DNA from: Sulfurimonas sp.
Lineage (GTDB): Bacteria > Campylobacterota > Campylobacteria > Campylobacterales > Sulfurimonadaceae
Direction of reading: 5' to 3'
NCBI GenBank assembly: GCA_027082875.1
Contig: JALWTK010000046.1
Span: 4,677-68,676 of the forward strand
DNA: 64,000 nucleotides
Position 1 is the first letter of the stretch. Every line of letters starts with the position of its first letter. Positions 1-8,999 of this stretch are shown in pieces. The notes beneath the pieces were generated by a model that had not been told where the DNA came from, did no database searches, and saw only the letters and a list, made by a program, of their open reading frames with translations. A program made the translations under genes and the position numbers.

Positions 1-1341
1 GGAAGAACAGCAAATGTTGAGTTTATTACAAAGGTTACTACAACAGTATTTGGTAATTCGGATGTGAAGTTCTCTGAAATTGATGCTACTTCATCAAGTA
101 GTTATATAGGTGGAAGTGATTATAATCTAAACATAAAAAATATGAAGTATACTCGTGCAGATGGACTTATGCAACTCAATGGTAATGGGTATCTAGGAAG
201 TGCTTCCAAATTGACTTTAAATAATTATAAGGTACTTGCAACTTTTCAAGAAAACCCAGATATAAAACTTCTTAAGTTTAGTGTTGAGGCTAATGGAGAT
301 ATCTCTACACCGAGTGGTCGAGTTTTTAATGGTACTTTAGTTTTTGATGGAGACAATACAAATAACTCACAGATGAATGGTACTCTAGTAGGTATAAATG
401 ATGAACCAACTATAACAGGTGCAATCCAAACTTCACTTAGTTCTGAAGATATTACCGCATGGGTTGCAAGTCATGATAGCGTTAGTGCTTCAGATGCAGG
501 TGACTTAAATAATATGGGTGATCAAAGTTATTCTATGAATGTATCTATCGCTAAACCTGGTAAAACAGTAAGTGCTGATATGCTTGTCAAACGTGATAAT
601 ACAGCAAAAACATGGACCTATATTATGAAAGATTTAGCCGTAAGTGATGCTAATGTTAACTTAACTACACAGAGTGTTTACCTTGTACAAAATGGTGATA
701 ATACTTTAGTCGAAACATTTGAAAAATTAGCTATCAATGGTCTTGGGCTAGATTCTGATATAAATGCTTTAGTTAACTTTGGTTGGGATGTAGCAAGTGA
801 CTTTAGTAAAATAGGAATTAAAGGTCTTAATGTTACCATGAAACCAGCATCAGGTGATGTGGATATAAAAGCAACTATAAATGTGCTCAATAATGGTGCA
901 ACTATGAGTGCTGATATGAGTAGTAGTTATAACTATGCAACGACACATTTAACAAGTGTTGGTAAATTCTCAACACTTGTTGATGCAAGTAGTGGGAAAA
1001 ATGTATATAACAATAACTTTACTACAGCTGGTCTTATAAAAGTAGATAATAAGTACGATTATAACTATAAAATAGCATACACAGACACACAACAAGATAT
1101 GCTTTTTACAAGTAATGATAGTAACTATCAAATGGGCTTTAGAATGACTGATAGCTTGATTACTGGTGGAGATTCTTATGGTGTACTAGCTACATTTAAA
1201 ATGAATGCTACTTATGATGTTATGGAGCAGATGGAGCTTAGAAATAGAGATAATAACCCTCTTGGAATATATATTCGCTCTGAAGATCCATTAAAAATTA
1301 AATTTGTAGATAAGGTAGAGGAGTATATGTACCTCTATTAG
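1..1341 (+). CDS. Large Asn/Ser/Thr/Asp-rich putative secreted/surface protein, 3' part (5'-truncated by window edge)
   Basis: Frame 1 is open from base 1 (GRTANVEFITK...) through the GTG at 64 to TAG at 1339-1341. Composition is beta-rich and polar; no recognisable family. Confidence 0.6.
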   Translation, partial: GRTANVEFITKVTTTVFGNSDVKFSEIDATSSSSYIGGSDYNLNIKNMKYTRADGLMQLNGNGYLGSASKLTLNNYKVLATFQENPDIKLLKFSVEANGDISTPSGRVFNGTLVFDGDNTNNSQMNGTLVGINDEPTITGAIQTSLSSEDITAWVASHDSVSASDAGDLNNMGDQSYSMNVSIAKPGKTVSADMLVKRDNTAKTWTYIMKDLAVSDANVNLTTQSVYLVQNGDNTLVETFEKLAINGLGLDSDINALVNFGWDVASDFSKIGIKGLNVTMKPASGDVDIKATINVLNNGATMSADMSSSYNYATTHLTSVGKFSTLVDASSGKNVYNNNFTTAGLIKVDNKYDYNYKIAYTDTQQDMLFTSNDSNYQMGFRMTDSLITGGDSYGVLATFKMNATYDVMEQMELRNRDNNPLGIYIRSEDPLKIKFVDKVEEYMYLY

Positions 1342-1347
1342 CCTTTA

Positions 1348-1402
1348 TAAAGTTAGTTTAATATAGAAGTAATATAATACTTCTATATATAACTAGACTT
1401 TA
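1348..1402. repeat. Imperfect AT-rich palindrome/hairpin in intergenic region
   Basis: ATATAGAAGTA (1361-1371) / TACTTCTATAT (1378-1388) perfect 11-bp IR, extended by TAGTT/AACTA and TAAAGT/ACTTTA. Confidence 0.55.
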
Positions 1403-1415
1403 ATAAGGACACCAA

Positions 1416-2219
1416 TTGACAACTACACTCGCGAAAAATATTAAACAAATTCCTCCTCTTCCTGATACGATTCAAGAAATAAATAGAATTCATAAAGATG
1501 AAAACTCATCACTTGAAGATATGCAGTATGCTATTGAAAAAGATCCACTTCTTACAGCTGAAATTTTAAGAATTGTTAACTCTCCTATGTATGGTATGAA
1601 GAGTACTGTTACAAGTGTTAAGCAAGCTGTTTCTCTCTTAGGAAAGGATACTATTAAAACATTTGCTATGAGTAGTGTTGTTAACTCTTTTACTATTGAT
1701 CTTTCTCCTTATGGCATGACTTCTCAAGAGTTCTCAGCAGCTTGTGATATGCAACTTGCACTTAGCGTAAACTGGCTAGCTCGTCGTAAGCCAACACTCC
1801 TTCCAATAATAGGACCAGCATCTTTCCTTGTAGATTTAGGAAGAGTTCTGATTTCTCAAACACTTATTGAAGATGAGAAGGTAAGCATAATTGAACAAGC
1901 ACTCTTATCCGGAGAAGATATATCAAGTGCTGAGAAAACTGCTTGTGGTGTACAGGCAACAGATGTAACAGCTACACTCTTTTATAACTGGAACTTTGAT
2001 CCAGAACTTATTCATATTATTCGTTACAGTGATGATCCTGAAGGAACACATGGTGAAGAGAGAGAAATGGCTGCAATACTTAAAGTAATTAGAGAAACTG
2101 TTATGCCAAATGGTGAGATTACCGATGATTCTATTGCTGTTGCAAAAGATACTATTGAAGAGTTTAACTTAGATTTAGAAGGCTATGAAAGAGCCTTAGA
2201 GAGAATCTTAGGGAACTAA
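1416..2219 (+). CDS. HDOD domain-containing protein
   Basis: IPPLPDT...IEKDPLLTAEILRIVNSPMYG...V+SVKQAVSLLG HDOD signature; TTG start after AAGGA. Confidence 0.9.
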   Translation: MTTTLAKNIKQIPPLPDTIQEINRIHKDENSSLEDMQYAIEKDPLLTAEILRIVNSPMYGMKSTVTSVKQAVSLLGKDTIKTFAMSSVVNSFTIDLSPYGMTSQEFSAACDMQLALSVNWLARRKPTLLPIIGPASFLVDLGRVLISQTLIEDEKVSIIEQALLSGEDISSAEKTACGVQATDVTATLFYNWNFDPELIHIIRYSDDPEGTHGEEREMAAILKVIRETVMPNGEITDDSIAVAKDTIEEFNLDLEGYERALERILGN

Positions 2220-2224
2220 GAGTT

Positions 2225-2566
2225 TTAAAAAGTGATGACCTCTATGGTCTCACTTTTAAGTGCATGAGTAAGCATTTCTCCTGTATGAATAAGATCTACC
2301 CCTAAACTTTTCAAATCCTTGCTCACACCATAGTCATCGCTACAAACTACACAGGCATTAAAACTAACACCAGATTTTTGTACTTGCTTCATCTGTGTTT
2401 GGAGTTCACTATCTTTTGCTAAAAGTTTCGCAGAAGGTCCCCATATCATGATTGTGGCTCTTTTCCAGTAGTCTCGTTCTAACATAACTGATCCATATAA
2501 AAAGACCAATTTTTTTGCTACCTCTTTTTCACCACTTGACCAGACTATGAGAAGTTCTTCTTTCAT
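2225..2566 (-). CDS. DsrE-family protein
   Basis: ~113 aa, IMIWGPSAKL...ACVVCSD motif; ATG at 2566 lies 2 nt past the glmU stop (ORF-track start at 2590 overlaps glmU). Confidence 0.7.
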   Translation of the reverse strand: MKEELLIVWSSGEKEVAKKLVFLYGSVMLERDYWKRATIMIWGPSAKLLAKDSELQTQMKQVQKSGVSFNACVVCSDDYGVSKDLKSLGVDLIHTGEMLTHALKSETIEVITF

Positions 2567-2567
2567 T

Positions 2568-3872
2568 CTACTTTCCAAAATGTTTAGCAAAATATCCTGC
2601 TATAGTACGAATCTTTGTGCGACTTATAGCAAGAACACCACTATTTACAACACCACTAGGTACAGTAGTCCCCGCAGCTATCATCACATCATCTTCTATA
2701 GTTACAGGAGCTACAAGCTGAGAGTCACTACCTATGAAAACATTTTTTCCGATGATAGTTTTGTATTTTTTGACACCGTCATAGTTACAAGTAATGGTCC
2801 CAGCACCGATATTTGTACCCGTGTCTACTTGTGCATCACCAATGTAACTAAGATGTCCAGCTTTTACACCTTTTAGTGATGATTTCTTAACCTCTACAAA
2901 GTTTCCTATATGTGTACCTTCTATATATGAAGCAGGACGAAGGTGTGCAAGAGGTCCTACATCTGAGTTTTTGACTATGCTATCTTCTATAACACTGCCT
3001 GATTTTATATGGGACTCTTTTATAAGAGTTTCTCCACAAAGGCGACAGCCATTTTCTACTATACACTCACCCTCAAACGCCACTGTGGACTCTATGTAGA
3101 TAGTAGAAGGAAGTTGCATGATAACTCCTGCATTCATCCACTTAGTTTTTATACGCTCTTGCATAATCTCTTCAGAGTCACTGAGGTCTTTTTTAGAGTT
3201 TACACCCTTAAAATGCTCTTCATCAACAAGAAGAGGGGCAATACTGAGATGATCAGCCTTTGCCATAGCAACTACATCAGTTAAGTAGTATTCTTCTTGA
3301 GCATTATCATTTGAGAGGAGGGGAATGTATTTTTCTATAACTGCCTTACTAAATGCATAGATACCAGCATTGACAGTTGTAGTAAGAAGTTCGTTTTCAT
3401 TGGCATCTTTTTGCTCAACTATGTACTGGACTTGGTTGTTCTCATCGATGATAACGCGACCATAGCCACTAGGATCATCAAGATCAAAAATAGACATGAT
3501 AACATCAGCATCTGTATCTATAAAACCTTGAAGAGCATCTGCTGTGATAAGTGGCATATCTCCGTTAAGGACTAAAACCTTCTCATTTTTTGGGGCTACA
3601 TTTTTCATAGCTCCACCAGTTCCTGGGAAGTTTTCAGCATCTTGAACTACGAAGTTAATATCATCAAAGTAGCTCTGCATTTGAGCTTGTACTTCCTCTT
3701 TTTGGTGAGCTATGACTACTGTGATGTCATTTGAAATCTCTTGTGAAGCTTTGATGATATGGTAAAGCATAGGTTTTCCACTGATAGAGTGAAGTACTTT
3801 TGCTTTTGGTGACTTCATACGGCTTCCCTTGCCGGCTGCTAGGATGACTATACTTATATTATCTTTATTCAT
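2568..3872 (-). CDS. glmU: Bifunctional UDP-N-acetylglucosamine pyrophosphorylase/glucosamine-1-phosphate N-acetyltransferase
   Basis: ILAAGKGSRMKS, GNFVEVKK, NIGAGTITCNYDG motifs; hexapeptide repeats. Confidence 0.97.
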   Translation of the reverse strand: MNKDNISIVILAAGKGSRMKSPKAKVLHSISGKPMLYHIIKASQEISNDITVVIAHQKEEVQAQMQSYFDDINFVVQDAENFPGTGGAMKNVAPKNEKVLVLNGDMPLITADALQGFIDTDADVIMSIFDLDDPSGYGRVIIDENNQVQYIVEQKDANENELLTTTVNAGIYAFSKAVIEKYIPLLSNDNAQEEYYLTDVVAMAKADHLSIAPLLVDEEHFKGVNSKKDLSDSEEIMQERIKTKWMNAGVIMQLPSTIYIESTVAFEGECIVENGCRLCGETLIKESHIKSGSVIEDSIVKNSDVGPLAHLRPASYIEGTHIGNFVEVKKSSLKGVKAGHLSYIGDAQVDTGTNIGAGTITCNYDGVKKYKTIIGKNVFIGSDSQLVAPVTIEDDVMIAAGTTVPSGVVNSGVLAISRTKIRTIAGYFAKHFGK

Positions 3873-3881
3873 ATTTTTCCT

Positions 3882-4556
3882 TTATTTTGTGGTTTGAAGT
3901 TTGTGTTTCATTTTTTTGTAGATATAGAGTGTTGTAATTATACCAAGTGTAGCCCCTGCAACAACATCACTGAGATAATGTACAGTAGCCATAACTCTAC
4001 CAGCAGCTACAAGTGTAGCTACCGTAAGCCAAAGATAGATATACTTTGGAAAGAGAAGAGATAGATAGGTAAATATAGTAAATGTCGTTGTTGCATGCCC
4101 TGATGGAAAAGATGTATAACTTGAAAAAGAGTGAGCAAGATGAGTAAGGTGAAGTTGTATCTGCTCAAAAGAGTTTGAACTGAAGTCTTTAAAAAGAGAA
4201 AAGCCATAGTGCATACTCTCTTGGTCAAGCATTCTCGGGCGTAGTCGTCCAAAGAGAGATTTTAAGATGAGGCTAGTAAGCCCAGAAAAAATATTTGCAT
4301 AGAGTAAAAAAAGAAATCTATTTGTATAAAGAGTATTTTTTTTGATAAAATGAAAATAGAGTGCTCCTGCTATACCAATGCTAAAGTACCACTGTGATTC
4401 ACCTGCTCTGCTTAGCTCTTTGCCGAGAGTTCTATATATATCTGCATGGTCAAGAAAATAGTGTGCGATACTTAAATCTAAAAAATTATAGGAGAGGATT
4501 ATAAACATAAGTATAGAACTACCAAAAATTATAAACTGTTTTTTAGAAAAAATCAT
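3882..4556 (-). CDS. PAP2-family membrane phosphatase (possible lipid A or undecaprenyl-PP phosphatase)
   Basis: KSLFGRLRP, SFPSGH, GRVMATVHYLSDV = PAP2 C1/C2/C3 motifs; several TM helices. Confidence 0.88.
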   Translation of the reverse strand: MIFSKKQFIIFGSSILMFIILSYNFLDLSIAHYFLDHADIYRTLGKELSRAGESQWYFSIGIAGALYFHFIKKNTLYTNRFLFLLYANIFSGLTSLILKSLFGRLRPRMLDQESMHYGFSLFKDFSSNSFEQIQLHLTHLAHSFSSYTSFPSGHATTTFTIFTYLSLLFPKYIYLWLTVATLVAAGRVMATVHYLSDVVAGATLGIITTLYIYKKMKHKLQTTK

Positions 4557-5983
4557 TTCATTCCTTGAAAGTTGCTACAGAGAACAAATTCGATACTATT
4601 TTCTATGCTACCATTGATCTTTAAGTCAAAAGAGGAGAGCTTCCTTACAGAATTACACTGCATCGTTTTTGCAATATCTTTGTGAAAGAAGTGAGTATTT
4701 ATAAAGATCACATCTTTCCCTATAGGCATACTCTTTTCCCATAGATCAAATTGGTCATAGCGTTTATCTATAAGATAAACTTTAGAAGGGTAGTTTCTAT
4801 CGTAGTAGATAGCACGTGATGCAAATGTCCAGTTAGTTACTCCTAAAACCTCTTTTTTTGGATCTTTTATTTCGGCATTTGCTTTTTTCATAATGGTGTC
4901 AAATCCATAAATATCTCTGTGAATAGACTTATACTTTGGAAATGTTATGATTTTAAAGCCTAGTTCAATATAGGCAAAAGCTCCAATGAGCAGTCCAATC
5001 CCTACAGCAAAAACAATAAACTTTTTAGAGACTTGTAGAAAATAGACAGCTCCAATAGGGATAAAAAGCAGATAAAAGAGTGCAGACCAGTGAGGGAGTG
5101 CAGTCTTATAGAGTGAGGCATAAGTAAAAAAGAGAATAAGCACTAAACCAAAGAATGCACTTAAAAGAAGTAAATCATTTTTACTTCTAAAACTTTTGTA
5201 GAGACCATAAAATGCGATAGGCATAAGAAAAGGGTTATAGGCAAAAAACTGTGAAGTGATGGACTTAAAAAAGCTTTTCCATACAATATGTTTAGCACCT
5301 ACTACATGCTGACTCTGATAGGTGAAACTTAACCAGTCGTTTTGCATATTCCAAATAATTACAGGAGAAACAACAATCAGAGCCAAACCAATAGCTAAAA
5401 GAAGTTTAGGAGAGCAGAACAAATCATAACGTTTTTTAAAGAGAAGATAGAGAATGATAGGTGGTACAAAAAGAACAGCAGTATATTTTGAAAGACCTGC
5501 TAAACCTAGAAGTAAACCTAAAAGTAACCAAGACTTTATAGAGCCACTCTTTTCTACTCCAAGAACACTAAAAATGATAGGAATAATAAATAAAAAGAGG
5601 AGGGTATCAGGCATAAGCATCACAAAAAGAGCATTAAACATAAAAGCTCCATGAAGTGCAAGCACTGCAAAAAAAGCCTCTTTTGCTTTGTGATTTATCT
5701 CATAAGTGAGTTTGTATAGAAAGATAGAGACTATAAAACCGATGAGGATAGCTGCTACTCTCGCACCAAACTCTCCAGTTCCAAAAACAGAAGTGAAAAG
5801 AAATTGTACCCAACCTACTAAAGGTGGATGATCAAAGTAGCTTAGGTCAAGATGCAAAGCATAAAGTACATAGTGTGCTTCATCTACACCAAGACCCACA
5901 TGAGGTGCTAAGAGAAGTCTTATAGCTGCGACTAGAGTTATAAAAACTAAAAAAGGATAGTGTTCTTTTCTAGCTAAGTGCAT
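4553..5983 (-). CDS. GT39/ArnT-like (GT-C fold) membrane glycosyltransferase
   Basis: GVDEAHY, YFDHPPLVGW, PDT, LSKYT motifs; multi-TM; ATG at 5983. Confidence 0.85.
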   Translation of the reverse strand: MHLARKEHYPFLVFITLVAAIRLLLAPHVGLGVDEAHYVLYALHLDLSYFDHPPLVGWVQFLFTSVFGTGEFGARVAAILIGFIVSIFLYKLTYEINHKAKEAFFAVLALHGAFMFNALFVMLMPDTLLFLFIIPIIFSVLGVEKSGSIKSWLLLGLLLGLAGLSKYTAVLFVPPIILYLLFKKRYDLFCSPKLLLAIGLALIVVSPVIIWNMQNDWLSFTYQSQHVVGAKHIVWKSFFKSITSQFFAYNPFLMPIAFYGLYKSFRSKNDLLLLSAFFGLVLILFFTYASLYKTALPHWSALFYLLFIPIGAVYFLQVSKKFIVFAVGIGLLIGAFAYIELGFKIITFPKYKSIHRDIYGFDTIMKKANAEIKDPKKEVLGVTNWTFASRAIYYDRNYPSKVYLIDKRYDQFDLWEKSMPIGKDVIFINTHFFHKDIAKTMQCNSVRKLSSFDLKINGSIENSIEFVLCSNFQGMK

Positions 5984-7190
5984 CAAGCTTGAACTTTAGT
6001 GTGTTAAATACCCACTCAGGTGTAATGATTTTGATACATTGGTTATCTGTACATGGCGTTTTTCTATGGTTAGAAGCACTCACACAAGGAGAACAGCTCA
6101 TAGCAGAGTAGATAGGAGTAGTAGGTCCAAGTGAACCATATAGAGCTGGTGTCTCAGGACCAAAGATAACAAAGGTATGCATATCTGTGATAGATGCAAA
6201 GTGCGCAGGTCCAGAGTCATTTGTAAGCATAAATGCAGAGAGTGAGTAGAGTGCTGGAAGTTCTAAAAACTTTACACCACCAGCAAAATTTATACAGCGT
6301 TTATCATTTACATAGTTTGCTAGAAGTTGTGCTCCATCTTTTTCAGATGGTGCACCTGTGAGAAGTACTATTACATTTTCATTTGCCGAGAGCATTTTTT
6401 TGATAACTTCACCATAGTTTTCTCTATCCCATCTGCGTTGTGGAAGTAGATCTGAGGCATTTGAGTTTACTAAAACTATATGATTTTTATTTTTATCAAA
6501 TCCTTCATAATATATGGAGACAGTAGCGATGATAGATGCTTGCTCTTCTTCACAAATAGTCGCTTTTGCAATCTTTATTTCATCATCATGAATGATGCGT
6601 TTAAGATATGGAAGCTCTTGCTTTTCAGAAAGTAGAGCATCAACAAGCGCTATAAAGTTTTTTGCTATATGTTGATGAGCATTATAGGCTACCTTATGAG
6701 TAAGAAGATCACCTCTATAGAGTCCTTCGTTGTGAAATGCATGAAAACCAACACGATTAATAGCACCACTACCTACAGTCAAAAGTGCAGTGAAACGCGA
6801 GAAGAGTTCAAGATCTATAACAGAGTCTATTTCTTTATCTTTGCACCACTGAAAAAACTTGAGTGTAGTTGTTGCTATATTCGTAAGCCCATCTTCATCG
6901 ATAGTGTAGATGTTCTCTTCTTTTACTGTTCCAAGAAGTTGTAAAGATGCCTTGTTCTTGGAAAAAATAACAAAGTACAATTCTCCCTCAATGTTGGCTT
7001 TGAGTTTTCGCATAGCAGGATCAACAAGGATAGCACTTCCCATCTCAGAGAGTTCAATAAGGAGCACATTTTTCGCTTTTTTCTTTACTGGTGGCACGAA
7101 AAAATCTAGAGTTTTTTTTACAAGGGTAGCAGTCAATGCAAGAGGTACTCCGGCAAAATAGTCTATATTTCTCATTGTGTCTACATTCAT
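5970..7190 (-). CDS. Glycosyltransferase family 9 (heptosyltransferase-like)
   Basis: LSEMGSAIL, TNDSGPAHFA, FGPETP, CSPC...C motifs. Confidence 0.85.
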   Translation of the reverse strand: MNVDTMRNIDYFAGVPLALTATLVKKTLDFFVPPVKKKAKNVLLIELSEMGSAILVDPAMRKLKANIEGELYFVIFSKNKASLQLLGTVKEENIYTIDEDGLTNIATTTLKFFQWCKDKEIDSVIDLELFSRFTALLTVGSGAINRVGFHAFHNEGLYRGDLLTHKVAYNAHQHIAKNFIALVDALLSEKQELPYLKRIIHDDEIKIAKATICEEEQASIIATVSIYYEGFDKNKNHIVLVNSNASDLLPQRRWDRENYGEVIKKMLSANENVIVLLTGAPSEKDGAQLLANYVNDKRCINFAGGVKFLELPALYSLSAFMLTNDSGPAHFASITDMHTFVIFGPETPALYGSLGPTTPIYSAMSCSPCVSASNHRKTPCTDNQCIKIITPEWVFNTLKFKLDALS

Positions 7191-7199
7191 TCTTATCCT

Positions 7200-8105
7200 T
7201 TAAGTTACTTGTTTACTTTTTATCCAGAAGTAAGATCCTGGAAGGGCACTCACTATGAGTAGCAATCCATATATAATGCTCATAGCAAGAACCTTAGTCT
7301 GATCTGCTCCAACGAGCATAAATATCCCAACCATAGCACCCTCTCTAATCCCCCAACCAGCTAAAGATATAGGAACGATAGTGAGTAGGAAAACAGGTGG
7401 CACTGCTATGAGAAGTGTTTGAAAGCTGAGTTCTAAACCTAGTGCCAAAGTGATGCTATACATTGTAAGCACTGAAAAGAGATGCACAACAACAGAGATG
7501 AAAATATGCTGGAGCAAGAGTTCTCTTGATGCATATAGCCTGTTTAGTCTATTTGCTAAACGTACGAAAAGATTTAAAAAACTATACTTTTTGAGAAATC
7601 TTAGACGGTGAAGATGAAAGAGAGAGATAAAGCCTAAAATACTTAGTGAAGATATACCTATAATGAGTAATGAAAAATCTTCATCAAAGGTACCAAAGAA
7701 GACTATAGAAGCAATAAGATTAAGTGTTAAAAGACCCACTAGACCAACAATACGGTCAACAAAAACACCATAAAAAGCCTCTTTTTTATCATAATTTTTT
7801 TGTGTTAAGTCTAAGATACGCACAGCGTCTCCACCAATACTAGAAGGAAGAACTTGGTTGAAAAATGAGCCTTTAAAGTAGCTCTGTATGTAAAAGAAAA
7901 GATTTTCTTTAAAAACAAGAAGTCGAGAGATCTCAAACCATCTAAAGGCCGCTAGAACAGTTGAAGCTAGTTGCATAAGAAGTGCAAAAATAATCCATCC
8001 TGGATGGCTAGTGAGAAGAAGTTGAAAGAGTGTATTAAAATCTACTTGTTGAAATAGATAGTAAAATATAGCAATAGTAATAAGTAATTTTAAAATGTTT
8101 TTCAT
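7200..8105 (-). CDS. Lysylphosphatidylglycerol-synthase-TM / flippase-like membrane protein
   Basis: FFNQVLPSSIGGDAVR, DRIVG, PISLAGWGIREGAM motifs. Confidence 0.85.
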   Translation of the reverse strand: MKNILKLLITIAIFYYLFQQVDFNTLFQLLLTSHPGWIIFALLMQLASTVLAAFRWFEISRLLVFKENLFFYIQSYFKGSFFNQVLPSSIGGDAVRILDLTQKNYDKKEAFYGVFVDRIVGLVGLLTLNLIASIVFFGTFDEDFSLLIIGISSLSILGFISLFHLHRLRFLKKYSFLNLFVRLANRLNRLYASRELLLQHIFISVVVHLFSVLTMYSITLALGLELSFQTLLIAVPPVFLLTIVPISLAGWGIREGAMVGIFMLVGADQTKVLAMSIIYGLLLIVSALPGSYFWIKSKQVT

Positions 8106-8224
8106 AGAGTACTATTTTAGCAAAAGTATATTAACAAAAATTGAAAAATTATAGAAAGATTACTCAATACTAATTCTTTTTGTGCTATTATAAGAAATAA
8201 ATTATTTTTGCATAAGGCTTTTAA

Positions 8225-8989
8225 ATGGATTTAGGTACGGTCATTGGTATTGTTTTGATTATGGTTCTTCTACTCGGATCCATGACTATGGGTGTTGGTG
8301 TTGGTGCCTATATTGATATTCCTTCTGTTCTCATTGTTGTTGGTGGTAGTATTGGAGCACTCATGATCTCCTTTAAACCAAGGCAAATGAAAGCATTTAC
8401 TAAGATTTTTATGAAAGCGATTAAACCCGGGGAAGAAGATCCTGCAGAACTTATAAAAAAACTTGTTGAGTTTGCAGGTAAAGCTAGAAAAGATGGAATA
8501 CTAGCACTTGAGGGTGATGTAAACGATGAAGAGAATGCTTTTTTGAAAAAAGGTCTCTCTATGGCCATTGATGGAAGTGAGCCTGATACTATTCGTGATC
8601 TTTTAGAAATAGAGATGGAACAGACAAGTGCGAGACATACAATTCACGGTTCTATCTTCAACCAGTGGGCTGGACTTGCTGGGGCTATGGGTATGGTTGG
8701 TACACTTATCGGTCTTGTTGCAATGCTTCTAAATATGGCTGATCCTTCAGCGATTGGACCATCAATGGCGGTTGCCCTTCTTACTACTATGTATGGTGCT
8801 ATTATTGGTAATGTCTTTGGTACACCGATTTACAATATTTTGTCAGTAAGAAACAATGATGAAAATATGCTCAAAGAGATGATTATTACTGGTATTATGT
8901 CCATACAGTCTGGTGATGCACCACGTGTACTTGAAGCGAAACTTCTAGCTTACTTAATGCCTACTGATCGTGTTAGTCAGTTTGACTAA
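8225..8989 (+). CDS. motA: Flagellar stator A subunit (PomA/MotA family)
   Basis: ARKDGILALE, GMVGTLIGLVAML, AIGPSMAVALLTTMYG; closer to PomA type. Confidence 0.93.
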   Translation: MDLGTVIGIVLIMVLLLGSMTMGVGVGAYIDIPSVLIVVGGSIGALMISFKPRQMKAFTKIFMKAIKPGEEDPAELIKKLVEFAGKARKDGILALEGDVNDEENAFLKKGLSMAIDGSEPDTIRDLLEIEMEQTSARHTIHGSIFNQWAGLAGAMGMVGTLIGLVAMLLNMADPSAIGPSMAVALLTTMYGAIIGNVFGTPIYNILSVRNNDENMLKEMIITGIMSIQSGDAPRVLEAKLLAYLMPTDRVSQFD

Positions 8990-8999
8990 GGAGTAGGTA

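Noticed and set aside
1348-1402. Integron attC site
   Set aside because: The arms are in the wrong order for RYYYAAC...GTTRRRY, and there is no integrase or cassette array.
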